The notes: generated from the letters alone by a model not told the origin. Counted from the stretch's first letter, positions 10,970 to 24,699 are shown. The stretch is DNA of 64,000 nt from Stegostoma tigrinum (GCF_030684315.1 NC_081373.1:14287097-14351096); one strand, 5' to 3'. Made by a program: numbers and translations.

Positions 10970-12850
10970 TAGCCTTGTGTGGCAATGAGTTTCACAGATT
11001 CAACACGCTAAAGTTAAAGAAGTTCCTCATCTCAACTGTAAAGGGTTGTCCCTTTGCTCTGAGACTGTCCTCTGGTCCAGTTTCTCCTACTAGAAGAAAC
11101 ATCATCTCCACATCCATTCTATCCTGGACACTCAGTATTCTGTAAATTTCAATAAGCTTCCCCTTCAGTTTTCGCAATTTCATTGAGTTTTGACCCAGCG
11201 TCCTAAGCCTCTCCTTATTTGAAAAGCGCTTCATCCCCAGGTTCATTCCTGTAAACCTCCCTGGACTCCCTCCAACATCACATTCTTCCTTTGATACAGG
11301 GCCCAAAAGTGTTCACAATATTCCCAGAGCTTTATATAGTCTCAGCACATTTTGGATCTTGTATTCTGGCACCTTTGAAGTGAATGCTAACGTTGCATTT
11401 GCCTTTCCAGCTACCAACTGAACCTGCATCTTAACCTTAAGAGAATCCTGAACAAGGCTTCTCAAGTAACTTTGTCCTTTCAACTGTTGAAGCCTTTCCC
11501 CATTTGGATAACCTCTCACTTTCCCACATTGTATTCCATCTGCCACTTCTTTGCCCACTCCTAGCCTGTCTCTGTCCTTCTGCGGTCCCCCTGTTTTCTC
11601 AACACTAACCTATCTCTCCACCTGTGTTTGTTTCATCTATACACTTAGCAACAATTGCCCTCACTTCTTTCATCCAGATCATTATGTATAATATGAATAG
11701 TTGTAGTCCCAACACGGACCACTGCGGAACTCCACTAGTTGCCGGCTGTGATAGAAAAAGATCCTGTTATTCACACTTTATCTTCTGCCAGTCAATCAAT
11801 CCCCTGTCAGTACCTTTGGAGGTACTTTTAGAGGACCTTTTGAGGTCAGTGGATTATGAGGAGATACTGAGTAGACTGGGATTATACTCATTGGAATTCA
11901 GTAGGATGATGTGAGATCTTCTAGAAGCATATATGATTATGAGGGGAATACATCAGGTGGAGGCAGGGAGGTTGTTTCCACTAGCAGGTGAAACTAGGAC
12001 TAGAGGGCATCACCTCAAAATAAAGGGAAGCAGGTGTAGGACTGAGGTCAGGAGGAACTTCTTCACCCAAAGGGTTGTGAATCTGTGGAATTCCCTGCCC
12101 AGTGAAGCGGTTGAAGCTACCTTGCTGAATGTTTGTTCAAAAATTTGCCTTAAAAACAGTAAAGGAAATAAGCGTGATGGTGAGTGGACGGGTAAGTGGA
12201 GCTGAGTCTCAAAAAGATTAGCCATGGTCTTATTAAATGGCGGGGCAGACTTGAGGGGCCATATGACTTACTCTTGCTCCTAGTTCTTAAGTTCTTATGT
12301 ACCTTGCCCCTAACACCACGGGCTCTGTCTTTTTAGCTACCTCCTGAGTGGCCCTTTGTCAAAGGCCTTCTTGAAATCCAATTAGATCACATCAAATGGC
12401 TGTCCTTTACCACCTCACAGAATTACGGTAGACTTGTAGACTTGTCAGGCATGACCCCACCTTGATGAAGCAGGGCGGTCTCAGCACGACTTTGTTATAT
12501 ACTTGCAAGCAGTCTGCAAATTCATCCTTAATAACAGACTCTCAAATCTTACCAACGTCTGACGTCAGGCTAGCTGGCCTATAGTTTCCTGTCCACTGCC
12601 TCGCTCTGTTCTTAAACAGAATTGTCATATTAGCTATTTTCCCGTCCTCTGGGACCCTCTCTGACTCTAGTGATTCCTGAAAGATCACCACCAATGCTTC
12701 AACAATTGCCTCCACTTTCTCCTTAGGAAGTCTGAGGTCAGGATGGTACGTTCACCGTCAGACCTTTCAGCTTCCCAGCATGTTCTCCTTAGTGATGGCC
12801 ACAGCACTCCTCCTCTGCCCCCAATTCTTGAAGTTCTGGTATTCTGCTGG
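10970..12850. mobile_element. CR1 fragments (minus copy continuing from 8090-8248, interrupted by a plus copy at ~11840-12300)
   Basis: ORF-track peptides TRGHHLKIKGSRCRTEVRRNFFTQRVVNLWNSLP and related CR1 ORF2 C-terminal motifs. Confidence 0.85.
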
Positions 12851-13012
12851 CTAAATTTCACTGCTCCTCTATATTTTATATTTGGAGGGATATACCTGTC
12901 TCATGCTGTAGACCTGTCACAATGGCACTTAGCCCAGTGTAACATCACTGATGTACAAATAGACATTGTTAATAGTCATAGATGTTTTTAACAGAACCCT
13001 TGTACCACCTGG

Positions 13013-15747
13013 AGGTTGTAGACATGCTTGCTGAGCTGCTGGGTTTGGCTGCAAATGTTTCATCTCCCTGTTAGGTAACATCGTCACTGTGCTTCGGTGA
13101 AGTGTTGGTGTTCTGTCCCGCTTGTTATTTATATGCCTTGGTTTGCTGAGGTAGTTGGTATTACTTCCGGTTTGTACACGGGTCTAATTCAACGTATTCG
13201 TTGATGGAGTTCCCTTTTGGAACACCAGGCCTCCAGGAATTGTCTGGTGTGTCTCTGTTTCGCTTGTGTGATTTAGGGATGTGTTGTCCCAGTTGAATTT
13301 GTGTGTAGTGAGACAAGCGAGAACTGGTCGTGTCTGTTGCTGGCTCGTTGGCGTTCGTTATCTGTATACTCAGTTTTCTTCCAGTTTGCCCTATGTAGTG
13401 TTTCTCATAGTCCTTGCATGGTATTTTGTATATTACCCCAGTTTTGCTGGTTTTAGGTGTGGGATTCTTTGGTCGTCAGTTGCTGTCGTAGGCTGGTTGT
13501 CAATTTGTGGGCTACTCTGATACCTAGCAGGCCAAGTATTCTTGTGGTGATCTCTGAAATGTCCTTGATATATGGTAGGGTGATTTAGTGATTCTGGTTA
13601 TGTCTGCCTGTTGTGGTCTGCCTCGGAGGTAATGGCAGGTTGTCCTTTTTGAGTGTCCATTTCTTTTGAAGATGCCATTTAAGTGCTCCAGTTCCACGTT
13701 GCTCTGATGCGTTGTGGCTTGTTTTAAATAGTGTCCTGATGCAGCTCTGTTTTGTATGCATTGCAGTGGTTCCTAGTATAATTGAGTATTTGGTCCAGCT
13801 TGTCTAGAGTTCTTTGTAGGTTACGTGGAACAGTCCCTCTTCCGCACCTACACAGGCCCCAAACCCCACCTCTTCCTCCGTTACATTGACTGTATCGGCG
13901 CCCCCTCTTGTTCCCCAGAGGAGCTAGAACAGTTCATCTACTTCACCAACACCTTCCACCCCAACCTTCAGTTCACCTGGGCCATCTCCAGCACATCCCT
14001 CACCTTCCTGGATCTCTCAGTCTCCATCTCAGGCAACCAGCTTGTAACTGATGTCCATTTCAAGCCCACCGACTCCCACAGCTACCTAGAATACACCTCC
14101 TCCCACCCACCCTCCTGCAAAAATTCCATCCCCTATTCCCAATTCCTCCGCCTCCGCTGCATCTGCTCCCAGGATGAGGCATTCCACTCCCGCACATCCC
14201 AGATGTCCAAGTTCTTCAAGGACCGCAACTTTCTCCCCACAGTGGTCGAGAACGCCCTTGACCGCGTCTCCCGCATTTCCTGCAACACATCCCTCACACC
14301 CCGCCCCCGCCACAACCGCCCAAAGAGGATCCCCCTCGTTCTCACACACCACCCCACCAACCTCCAGATACAACGCATCATCCTCCGACACTTCCGCCAT
14401 TTACAATCCGACCCCACCACCCAAGACAGTTTTCCATCCCCAATCCTGTCTGCTGTCCGGAGAGACCACTCTCTCCGTGACTCCCTTGTACGCTCCACAC
14501 TGCCCTCCAACCCCACCACACCCGGCACCTTCCCCTGCAACCGCAGGAAATGCTACACTTGCCCCCACACCTCCTCCCTCACCCCTATCCCAGGCCCCAA
14601 GATGATTTTCCACATTGGCAGATGTGCAGGTGAACCTCTGCTTAATGTGGTATACTGCATCCACTGTACCCGGTGTGGCTGCCTCTACATTTGGGAAACC
14701 AAGCGGAGGCTTGGAGACCGCTTTGCAGAACACCTCCGCTCAGTTCGCAATAAACAACTGCATCTCCCAGTCGCAAACCATTTCCACTCCCCCTCCCATT
14801 CTTTAGATGACATGCCCATCATGGGCCTCCTGCAGTGCCACAATGATGCCACCCGAAGGTTGCAGGAACAGCAACTCATTCCGCTTGGGAACCCGGCAGC
14901 CCAATGGTATCAATGTGGACTTCACCAGCTTCAAAATCTCCCCTTCCCCCACCGCATCCCAAAACCAGCCCAGTTCGTCCCCTGCCCCCGCTGCACCACA
15001 CAACCAGCCCAGCTCTTCCCCTCTACCCACTGCATCCCAAAACCAGTCCAACCTGTCTCTGCCTCCCCAATCTGTTCTTCCTCTCACCCATCCCTTCCAC
15101 CCGCCCCAAGCCGCACCTCCATCTCCTACCTACTAACCTCATCCCACCTCCTTGACCTGTCCGTCTTCCCTGGACTGACCTATCCCCTCCCTACCTCCCC
15201 ACCTATACTCTCCACCCCACCTATCTTCTTCTCTCCATCTTTGGTCCGCCTCCCCCTCTCTCCCTATTTATTCCAGAACCCTCACCCCATCCCCCTCTCT
15301 GATGAAGGGTCTAGGCCCGAAACGGCAGCTTTTGTGCTCCTGAGATGTTGCTTGGCCTGCTGTGTTCATCCAGCCTCACGTTTCATTGTCTGGAGTTCTG
15401 TTGTTTTTGGGTTCTACCATCATGTCCAGGAAGGGTAGTTGGTTCTTCTCTTTCATGAATTTTATCCCAGTAAGGATATCATTTGTGTTGGTGGGTTTCT
15501 TCTGGTTTTGTGTGTTTAATCACAGAAGGTGATTGAACCCAAGTTTGGTTTGTCATCTGGTATTAGTTCCAGTAATATGGACCGCCCCAGCAAACCGAGA
15601 CACATGAATAACAAGTGGGACAGAACACTGACACTTCACTGGAGACACACAGACAATGTTAGCCAGCAGGGTGACAAAACATTTGCAACAAAACCCGCTG
15701 GCTTGGCGAGCATGTCTACAGCCTCATCCACAACCTGAGCTACAAAC
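13013..15747 (-). mobile_element. Older PLE (Poseidon/Penelope-type) relic with inverted ends, host of a nested insertion
   Basis: Minus-strand VIYKIPCKDYEKHYIGQTGRKL (~13371-13436) is GIY-YIG; 13013-13100 inverted against ~15630-15725. Confidence 0.8.
13814..15385 (+). mobile_element. 5'-truncated PLE family A (Neptune-like): RT C-terminus, Cys linker, GIY-YIG endonuclease, hammerhead-bearing tail
   Basis: ORF 13825-15438: LFLRYID, thumb HFKPTDSHSYL, GTFPCNRRKCYTC, NVVYCIHCTRCGCLYIWETKRRLGDRFAEH; flanks TTGTCT(A/G)GAGTTCT at 13800-13813 and 15386-15399; core CTGATGA at 15299. Confidence 0.92.
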
Positions 15748-16629
15748 CTTCTAATACCTATTTTTCTTCTGCATCCTGCATTACAATTTTATTTTTTGAT
15801 GTCAGGATTGTTTCTGGTTTAAAAGTGCCTTTATGTAAGACTCCTAAAATCTTATGTTCTGGACAGTTGTGAAATGCCACTTTTATTAAGATTATCCTCA
15901 GTAGTCCGTTGATCATCCCCAACAGAGCAATTTAAAGGTCTTGACCATAATATCTTCAGGGGAAGAAAGACTTGCATTTATTATCATGCTTTTTATGACC
16001 AGTGGACATCTGTATGAATTACAGCCAGTAAAGTACCTTTGGAGTGTAATTGTTATTGTAATGTAGAAAATGTTGTTCGGTTGATTGTGACCAGATAGTT
16101 TGTAAGATGTCAATTTGAAGGACACGTTTTCGTCAAGGCAGGTTGAGAACTTGCTTTGGATATTTCTACGCAGCATTGATGTCATTCAACTTTTTTTGCT
16201 GTAATCTTAATTTTTTTTGGTGTTATTGACTGTAATCTATGCTTTTTTAAATTTCCCCCTTTCTCTTCCAGTTCATCTTTAAAAGCCATAACCAGGCTCC
16301 TGTTTTATTGATATCTATTAAATTTCAAGCACAGAGGGTGCCAGTGAAAGAAAAAAGAACTGAAATTGATTCAATAGCTTTTATGCCTTTAAAATACAGG
16401 ACACTACACCCCTCCCCAAAGCTCCTTGCGCTCTCAGAATGAAACCTATTGTGAAGTTACTATTTAATGCAAAAGCATAAGATTTTTGCACACATTAGTA
16501 TTTCACAACTGCCTTTGAGGTGACCGCATTTGGTTTTGGTGCTTGCGCTTTAGTGTTAACTAGGAGAGTGAAAGAGTGCTGACTTTTTCATTGAGTAGTG
16601 CTGTGGGATTTTTAATATTCAGCAGTTCT

Positions 16630-16885
16630 GGGGGCATAGCTTTAAATTGAGGGGTGAAAGATATAGGACAGATGTCAGAGGTAGTTTCTTTAGTAAGGGA
16701 ATGGAACGCTTTGCCTGCAACGGTAGTAGATTCGCCAACTTTAAGTACATTTAAGTCGTCATTGGACAAGCATATGGACGTACATGGAATAGTGTAGGTT
16801 AGATAGGCTTCAGATTGGTATGACAGGTCGGCACAACATCGAGGGCCGAAGGGCCTGTACTGTGCTGTTATGTTCTATGTTCTAA
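16630..16885 (+). mobile_element. Young CR1 3' end fragment
   Basis: Near-identical to the reverse complement of 29143-29410; ends in (TGTTCTA)n. Confidence 0.9.
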
Positions 16886-16960
16886 TGTTTCAATGTGTCT
16901 CAGTAAACATTGCCAGTATTGAAGATGCCTGTGACTAATTTGTTTTCGGTTCCCATGTAG

Positions 16961-17120
16961 AAAATGATGTTGAGCTTCCATGAAGAGCAGCAAGGCCTAC
17001 CGGAAAGCTTCCTCGCCACCTTCCCATCATTAATTAAAGTAGATGTGCACTCAAAAGTGACAGATCCTAGTGTTGCTAAGAGTATGATGGGATGTTTGCT
17101 TTCATCGTTGAAAGCTAATG
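16961..17120 (+). CDS. OGA: O-GlcNAcase(-like) penultimate coding exon
   Basis: atgtag|AAA ATG ATG...AAT G|gtaagt; [54 protein letters not shown]. Confidence 0.95.
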
Positions 17121-18049
17121 GTAAGTGTAAATGCTTTCTTCCCCCTCCTCATCTGAAATGAAACCCATGATGATCCTAATTATTGAAAGTAAGTGATCCA
17201 TTACACCACGTGGAATGTATTAAATGGTTAACTGCCAGAATGCCAGGAAGGACATAAATGTGTTGGCAATTCGGACGAGGTTTAACTTGATTGTTACCTT
17301 GGATGAATGAGCTATTTAATAATGGTATTTTAAACAGACTGGGTTTGGGCTAGAGTTTTGCAAAATGAGGTGAATTGATTAAAATGTGTAAGTTCCTGAA
17401 TACTCTTGAGAATATGGACATGGACAGGATATTTTCTATTGTGGACTAGTCCAAGGTGGCACTGTTTCAAATTCACTAAGTCTCAGAAATTCTTTTTTGG
17501 GCTTTCTGTGACTTTACGATACCGGTCTCTGTACTGTTCTCCAATGTCAAGCAGTATGCTTTCACGGTTTTTCAGGTAAGTTTCTCCACATTCTTTTTCT
17601 TTGTGTGGGCTCCATGTTTTGAGTTTTTCCAACTTAGTGTTTTAAGAAAGGCGCTCTCCTGCGTGCTCCGCCTCTCTCCTGCAGTGAGACCCTTTTTCAG
17701 CACAAATGCTGACTAGATGGAAAATGATCTTTAACCAGCAAACATTTGAAATACATGATGTAACATTGACTTCCAGGAACGAGTTCTTGCTTATGCATTC
17801 AACTTTGTGCCTTCATTCCACATTAAATCGGAAGAGGTATTTGCTGAGTTCAAACTCCTTTGATACTAATTACTTCACTATAAAGCAGCATCAACATGGA
17901 TGTGAAGCCCTGAAAGCACAGTGAACGAATCTGATACATACTGTGCAATATCTAAAAGAATTGATTTTCATATGCAACAAAAATATCTGACAGTGTTGCT
18001 TAATCTCAACACAAACCATGATACTTGTACGTAAACTAAACAAATAATT

Positions 18050-19380
18050 AGAGTAGTCATACTCAACAAACAATAATATATTGACAATGGATGCTGTTAA
18101 TCAGTTACTGTTCCAGCCGTATACCTTCAGGACCTATTGGAATATTGTGACTGTACAGCCACACTAGAGGACAAGTTGCAGAGGCATTAATTGAACTTGT
18201 GTAAAGATGGTAACCTGCCTGGTAATGGATTTGGCCTTGTGGTTCAGTGCGTTGACTCACATTTGGGATGTCAAACTTGTGCCCGAACAATGTCCCTTTA
18301 TGCTTCCCTTATCGATAGCTGGCTTTGCACAACATGAATTGGCTAAATGGTTGAGTGAGCTTTAACCAGTTTTAAATGAGTTTTCCATCTGTTATGAAGG
18401 ACTCCTTCACTTTCAAAAGAGCATTGAAGCCGATATCTTGAGCAAAAGTGTTGATGTGCACTTTTAATCTTATTAGTTTATTCACAAATATGTCACTTGG
18501 GAAAACCATTGACATGGTGATCTGTGATCATGTCTCTAGATGGTCACCAATCTGTGAATCTCTTTTCTTCAAATTGACGCAAGGTTAGTAACTCACTTGG
18601 TTGAGAGCAGTTTCAGTGACTCTGTACGCCCAAATAGATGGTGTTATTTTGGAATCCCTGCTAGGTCCAGATCTTGTTAGCCAATAAAAATGTTACCACA
18701 AAAAGTGTGTTGTCAATGGAATTAACACTAATCTTGTACCCCTTACATACCAATAGATAGGTAGATTTACAATATTCAAATCCGGAGCAGTATCAAAGAT
18801 GCCTTTAAGTTACATCCTGTGCTGAAAACAGGTATTGAAACTGAGCAAGCTTACTTTTCCTCTTCCTTAATTGAGAATTCAGCCAGTGTTTGTTTTTTTC
18901 TGTTTTGAGAGCCTATGCTCCCTAATCAGTGTACGTGTCGGGATTTCTACAGTGCCATGGACTAGATATTTTCTAATCTGTGTGCTCATACATGTTATTA
19001 CACAGATCTGGAGCCAGTGGGACTTGAGCCCCAGTCTCCTGGATCAGCAGTAGCACTACTGCTGCTCCACGAGCCCTTCCATGTTCCATGTGCTACAAGG
19101 TCAACCTTTATTCATAACCTTGTGAATAGGGCCCCAGCCATCTGCTCTTTAAGCTTGATGTTGAGATAGTGAATTTCAGATCTACCTGACAATGGTGACC
19201 CTGACCAAATCATCATCACTGTATATTACACAAGTTCATGAAAACATGTATGGCCACCATTTTTGGCACTGAACAGTATTCAGTCTCGCTTGAATTCCCA
19301 CGGAAGGGGCCAGTGTCGAAGGTTTGAATAGGTGAAGCTAGCTGTCAGATGGTGCTACTTTTCAGTAAACACTTCTTGCC
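18050..19380 (+). mobile_element. Ancient PLE reverse transcriptase relic
   Basis: Degenerate RT motifs LISLFTNMSL (~18470-18500) and QIDGVILESLLGP (~18632-18670). Confidence 0.6.
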
Positions 19381-19735
19381 CCCTTCAACAGGATGACACC
19401 AAGCTAACAAAAATGTCAGACTTGCAGCTTCAGAATAACAGTTCACATTCATACAGCACCTTTTTAATGTAGTGAAACATTTCAAGATGCTTTGCAGGAG
19501 CGATTATTGAACAAAATGTGACACAGAGCCATATGAGATACTGTTGTAAGCAATCAAAAGCTTTTTGAGAAAAATGCGTAGGTTAGATCAAACTGATGGA
19601 GTCTACCAAGAACAACAAATAAAAGGGAGTTGGCTGGTGATGATTCCTGGGTTTGTTGAAGCATCCATTTCTTTGCAAGTGGTTTGTAGTGAATCTCAAT
19701 GAATCATATTCTTATTTCAGCCTTTTTTTTCTTAG

Positions 19736-19872
19736 GGTCCCGAGGAGCATTCTGTGAAGTAAAACCCACTGATCGACGAGGTCTGGAATTCTACAGAAAG
19801 CTGGGCTTCTTGGAGTTAGCTAAAATGGAGGGATTTCCTAAAGAGATGTTAGTTCTTGGAAGGAACTTGTAA
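19736..19872 (+). CDS. OGA: O-GlcNAcase(-like) terminal coding exon
   Basis: ttttcttag|GG TCC CGA; (G)[47 protein letters not shown] at 19870-19872. Confidence 0.95.
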
Positions 19873-20460
19873 CAGAAATCTGTGCAACGTAGTGTAATTA
19901 AAGGATGTGTATAATTAAATGTATCTAAATTTAGCCTTAAGCTGAATAACCTGTGTTTAATAATGTTTTATATTTTCTTTTTTAATTTGCAATACATAAT
20001 GAGGTGAACTTGATTTAGATGGCACTTTGAGAGTTGGGTGGAACTCCACTGATGCAGTAACAAAGCATTATCTTCCTTGTTCTGTTTTATACCCTTTTCT
20101 ATTCCTCCCACTTTACATGAGCAATTGTTCGGTATCAGAAGGGAAGTTGACAAGGTGGTGCCTAGTTCTCTCACTTCAGACACTAGTCCCAAGCTGATGG
20201 TGTGAGCTTGCTGTGCAGGCAGTTGAACTACCATGTCAAAACTTGGTTGTTTTTAATAACTGACTATCTACAGAGGAGCGTGTGGAGTTTTCTGTTTGCA
20301 GTGATAATTGAGCTCAGTTCATTGTTGATGGGTGGGAGGCTTTGGGACTTCAACTGGTATCTGGTCTCCTTTCTGCATTTTGTTTTGAATCCTATGGAAA
20401 GTAATGGACTTTGCCTGTCTTTAAAACACACATTATATTTAGATATTCTCATTTCACTGT

Positions 20461-20470
20461 ATTAAATAAA
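20461..20470 (+). terminator. Candidate polyadenylation signal of the OGA-like gene
   Basis: Overlapping ATTAAA/AATAAA (attaaataaa) about 590 nt after the stop, followed by a T/GT-rich tract. Confidence 0.55.
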
Positions 20471-21524
20471 TTGTTTCTTGATAAAGAAACATGCTGTAAA
20501 TGTTGAAAATCTGAAATAATTGCGACAGTGCTGGGAATACACAGCAGGTTAGTCAAAATCTTTTAAAAGTTAATATCAGAATAATACTTTTGGGTGCAAA
20601 ACCTTTTATCAGAACCTAATTTGAACTATACCTTCAAACCATTTAGTGTGTGAATGTTTCTTGTTTGTATAAAGACTAACTTTCAAGTTAGACTTCAGTC
20701 ATTGGATTTCACCAGGCACAATGTTAACTTAGTAACATGTCCCACAGTCATTGTTAGCAGCAGTCCTGTATGTGACTACCATCCCATCTTATTGCTGTTA
20801 AGTGTTGATAGTTATGTATTAAGTGATGGGTGTGACAGTTTCTGTCCTCCCCACGGTATGACATGGAATGTAATAAGCTCCCAGATGTCTGTTTCTAGTC
20901 AGTTTTTTTTTTTGCAAAGGTGGTTAAGGCAAAAATGGATATAGATCACAACAAATGTACACCTTGCAGTCTCTGGTTTCGCACCTTCGTTTGTTGTGTG
21001 GACCAGAAATTGTTTCCATTGTGGTCTTTTTCCTTTGCATTATATTTGTGGTATCTCTCATTGTCCCTGATACTTTGAGTATGCATCTCAAATGTTGATG
21101 TCTCCTGACAGAAACAGTTTCTCAGTTGGTTGCTGACACACAGATGTGCTGGTCTAGTCACACCATGATCTGCTAATGCAATTAGTCAATCAACCCTCCC
21201 CAGACATTACTTAGAACTACTACTTGGAATGCATTCCTCAATAACCTATTACTCAAACCATTATCACAGTCTGCACCATTCTCACTTTCTAACCTTCTGT
21301 TCTTGTTCTATAACCCCTTCAATATGCAATAAATAGAGCCTGTCTTGCATTACTAAATATTTACTCCTATACTTGAAGAATTAATTAAGTCATGCGGATA
21401 AGTATTGGCATGTTTTTGACATTCAGTTCATACAACCCATCACATTGATATCAGGAGAAAAGGCTGAACATCACCTTTGACAGTGCTTAGGAAAGCCTAA
21501 GATTCCCTTTTAGCTGCAGCATTT

Positions 21525-21860
21525 CTTATTCAATCATGAGGCGAGGGCATCGCTGGCTCGACTAGCATTTATTGTTCACCCTGAACTGCACAAAAGGCAG
21601 TTATGAGTCAACTGCATTGTGGGTCTGGAGTCACACGTAGACCAGACTGGGTGAGGATGGCAGAGTCCTTCTGTAAAGGGCGTAGTGAACTAGAGGGCTT
21701 TTTCTGGTAATCTGACAATAGTTTCATGGTCATCATTAGACTTTTAATTCCAGATTTTGTTTTTTATTGAATTCAGGTTCCACCATCTGTCATGGTAGAA
21801 TTTGAACCCAAGTCCTTAGAGCAGTCTTAATGGTTTAGTGATAATACCACGAAGCCAACA
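21525..21860 (-). mobile_element. tRNA-derived SINE (family 2)
   Basis: Homologous to copies at 35905, 38610, 43965 and 63735; B-box-like GGTTCAAAT on -. Confidence 0.75.
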
Positions 21861-24699
21861 CTTCCCAATCTCAATTGACAAATGAGTGCGTGAGCTAAGA
21901 TTTCACTCTTTTTGGTTTCTCGCACACCCTGGTTCCGTTTGTGCAAACCCCTACTCTCATGTTTCCACTTGCTGGAGATAGATAAATTTGTTTTTCTGTC
22001 TTCACTATACTGATGGAAGCATTCCTGCAACCATTGTCTATTACAATTTTCTGTCTGATATCTTGTTCAAATGGCACACTTCCTTGTTTCCCGAATACTG
22101 TGTTGAGTGAGAAGTAGCTGAAATTCATGTTAATTCCCATTCATTCTTGTCTTCTTTCTTGTATTTTCAAACATTTAGCCTACACTTGCATACACTGTAC
22201 AGATCTATCCTTTTCCTTTACTTCTTACCCTTCATGACTTCTATAAATCAAGCAGTACTTTTGATTGGGGTCAAAAGCCTCATCTCCGACCCAACCCCAA
22301 CTGTCCCCTTGAACATTGTTTGCACCATGTGCCATTCTCCTGAGTCACTTTAAATCATATGTAAAAGCTACCTTTACTGAACAATGTGCACATTTGGAAT
22401 CCAGATTTTAAAATTAAATGTTTTTATTTGGACAGAGAAAATGGAGCACAAAATATTCAGTTATTGTTCAGGTTGCATGCATGGATAGATCGTGGATAAT
22501 TAAAAATTTGTTTTTACAGACAGATGTATGGACTAATCCATTTTGAATATCTGTTTCATAAAACCAGATTAACACCTTTTTTCCCCTTTCTGCCTCATTT
22601 ATTCCCTGCCCCTATTTCTCAAGAAATATAAAGCTGCACTATATTTCTGCACACTAGCTGAGGTTTCCTGACTACATACTTGAAATTGCCATTGCTTGCC
22701 TGCTTCCTTTGGTTGTCTTGTAATGGGTTTTTTGTTGCGCAGGTACAAGAAACCAAGAGGAGAAAATGGTTGCATGTAGGTGGGGTTGCTTGGCAGTACA
22801 TGGACTGTTCTGAAGGATTGCTGCATATAGGAAGTCTGTGGGACATCCAAAAGTGGAAAGCAGGGCAGAAAGCTCTGCCAAGTCATTTTCTTCAAGGGGG
22901 AGGAAAGAAAACAGTCAGTGCTGCAAAGTATTTAGTTCAATTTAAAATTAACAGATTGAATAAAATGTCTGGTGGTGTATCATTTTTCCTATTTCAAATG
23001 CCAACCTGCTGTGTATTCAGGGATATTTCTTATTTCCACATAGTTATGTGAACATACCCCTTGTTAAACATTTCTCCAAATTAATTTGGGAAAAGGAGGG
23101 TCATCCCCTTGAACCACTTCAATTCATTTATTATCACTGAATACCTATATCAAAAGGTTCCAGAGGTTTGATCCAGTAATAGTGATGTATTCCAAGTCAG
23201 AGAGAAATTTGCAGGTGATGGTGTTCCCACTTGTTTGCTACCCGTATCCTGGGTAGTGGTGCTCATTGCATGTTTCAGTGCTTCTCCTGCAGGGATAAAT
23301 CTCTTCGTGTTTTGTGACCAGATAAAATGAAATAGTGTGGAAAATTATATTTATCATAACACAGTAGTAGAGTTACAGATTCTATTCTCCTGAAACCCAC
23401 TCTGGTTACTGAAAATATTTTGAGCTGTATAGCAGTGTGACACAATATTAGTTCCACAGAACCATAGGGCACATGGCAATGACAACTTACTGTAAAGTGT
23501 ATTACTGCTGATCATTACTATAATTAGCATGATAAATATAACAGCTGTCAATACTTCATTTATTTCTGGTTGGAATTTAGCCACTCTTCTGCTTTAACTT
23601 TTGCACCCCTCTTTTTGAAAAAGCACAGACATGCTGCTAGATCTTGATACCTGGTGCTCATTCACCAAAGCTTCCAACACTCATCAGTGGAGAGCAAGCC
23701 CAGACATGGAAAGAACTGTGTACATATAAATTTTTTTTTAAAAGATGTCTTTTGTGTGTCTTTTCCTTTTTAGTGTTTGGGTGTGAGCCGGAAATGCTTG
23801 TTTGCACAGTAGTCACTATCTATGTTGGCACACTAACAGCCAAATAAGTGTAACTGGTGTTTTTGTAAATCAAATCGTGACAACAGTAGATGCAGCAGTC
23901 ATGCTGATAACTTTGTACTTATGCTCTGTAGATAAAGGGAATCTGTGCTGGGCTGAGGATGGAAAAAGGGACACTGAAGCAAAATTCTCAAAGGCATAAA
24001 TGAACAAGATGACTTGAGTAGCCGCCACCCCTAATTCCACTTTTCTGACCATCTCTCCTAAAGGGGCAGCACACACCCCCAACTACATAATACCTTTCCC
24101 TCTTTTTATTTCAAAAACTCCCATTAATGAACATGTATACAACAATTATTATCCTAGCCAACATGTATACATATTCAGCAATACTTACCAAAGCATGGAA
24201 AACATAGAATAAAAATCACCCCTCAACTAGTCTACATGGCATGATTAGTCTCTTGGAGGATAGCAGCTTCTAGAAGATGGTCTCCGAGTCTAAGGAACCT
24301 TTTCTAGTGTAGTCTCCTGGACTTTAAGTAGTACCTGCTGTCTAGCAGATATACCCCTCCCTGATAGATGACTGTGACACCACTAGTTCCATTCACCCCA
24401 GCTCTGAATTTTGAAGGAAGTCCAGTTTGTTCACACTCAAACACACACACACACCCTCTCTCTCACTCACTCCATCCCTGTTGGTGAGGTAACCACGAGT
24501 CCCCTCCAGACCTTGTTGGATGTGTATAAGACAACTGTCCTGTTTGAACCACCATTGTTGGAATTGATTTTTTTTTTCTACCAGACGTGCAATTTCAGGC
24601 CAAGACAATCTCTGCGCTTTGCGGTATCCTCAACTTTTGGATTCTGGCCATCTGTCCTTGTTAATTTTACTCCACCATCACTCTGATCTCTCCCAGCTG

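Noticed and set aside
13825-15438. 537-aa ORF as a host or domesticated gene
   Set aside because: Truncated PLE with damaged RT and endonuclease motifs; the C-terminal third is frameshifted read-through of the repeat tail; flanked by a TSD.
22680-23051. 123-aa ORF with hydrophobic N-terminus and an acceptor-like ttgttgcgcag at 22742 (alternative OGA last exon?)
   Set aside because: Non-ATG start, no recognisable homology and no transcript evidence available.
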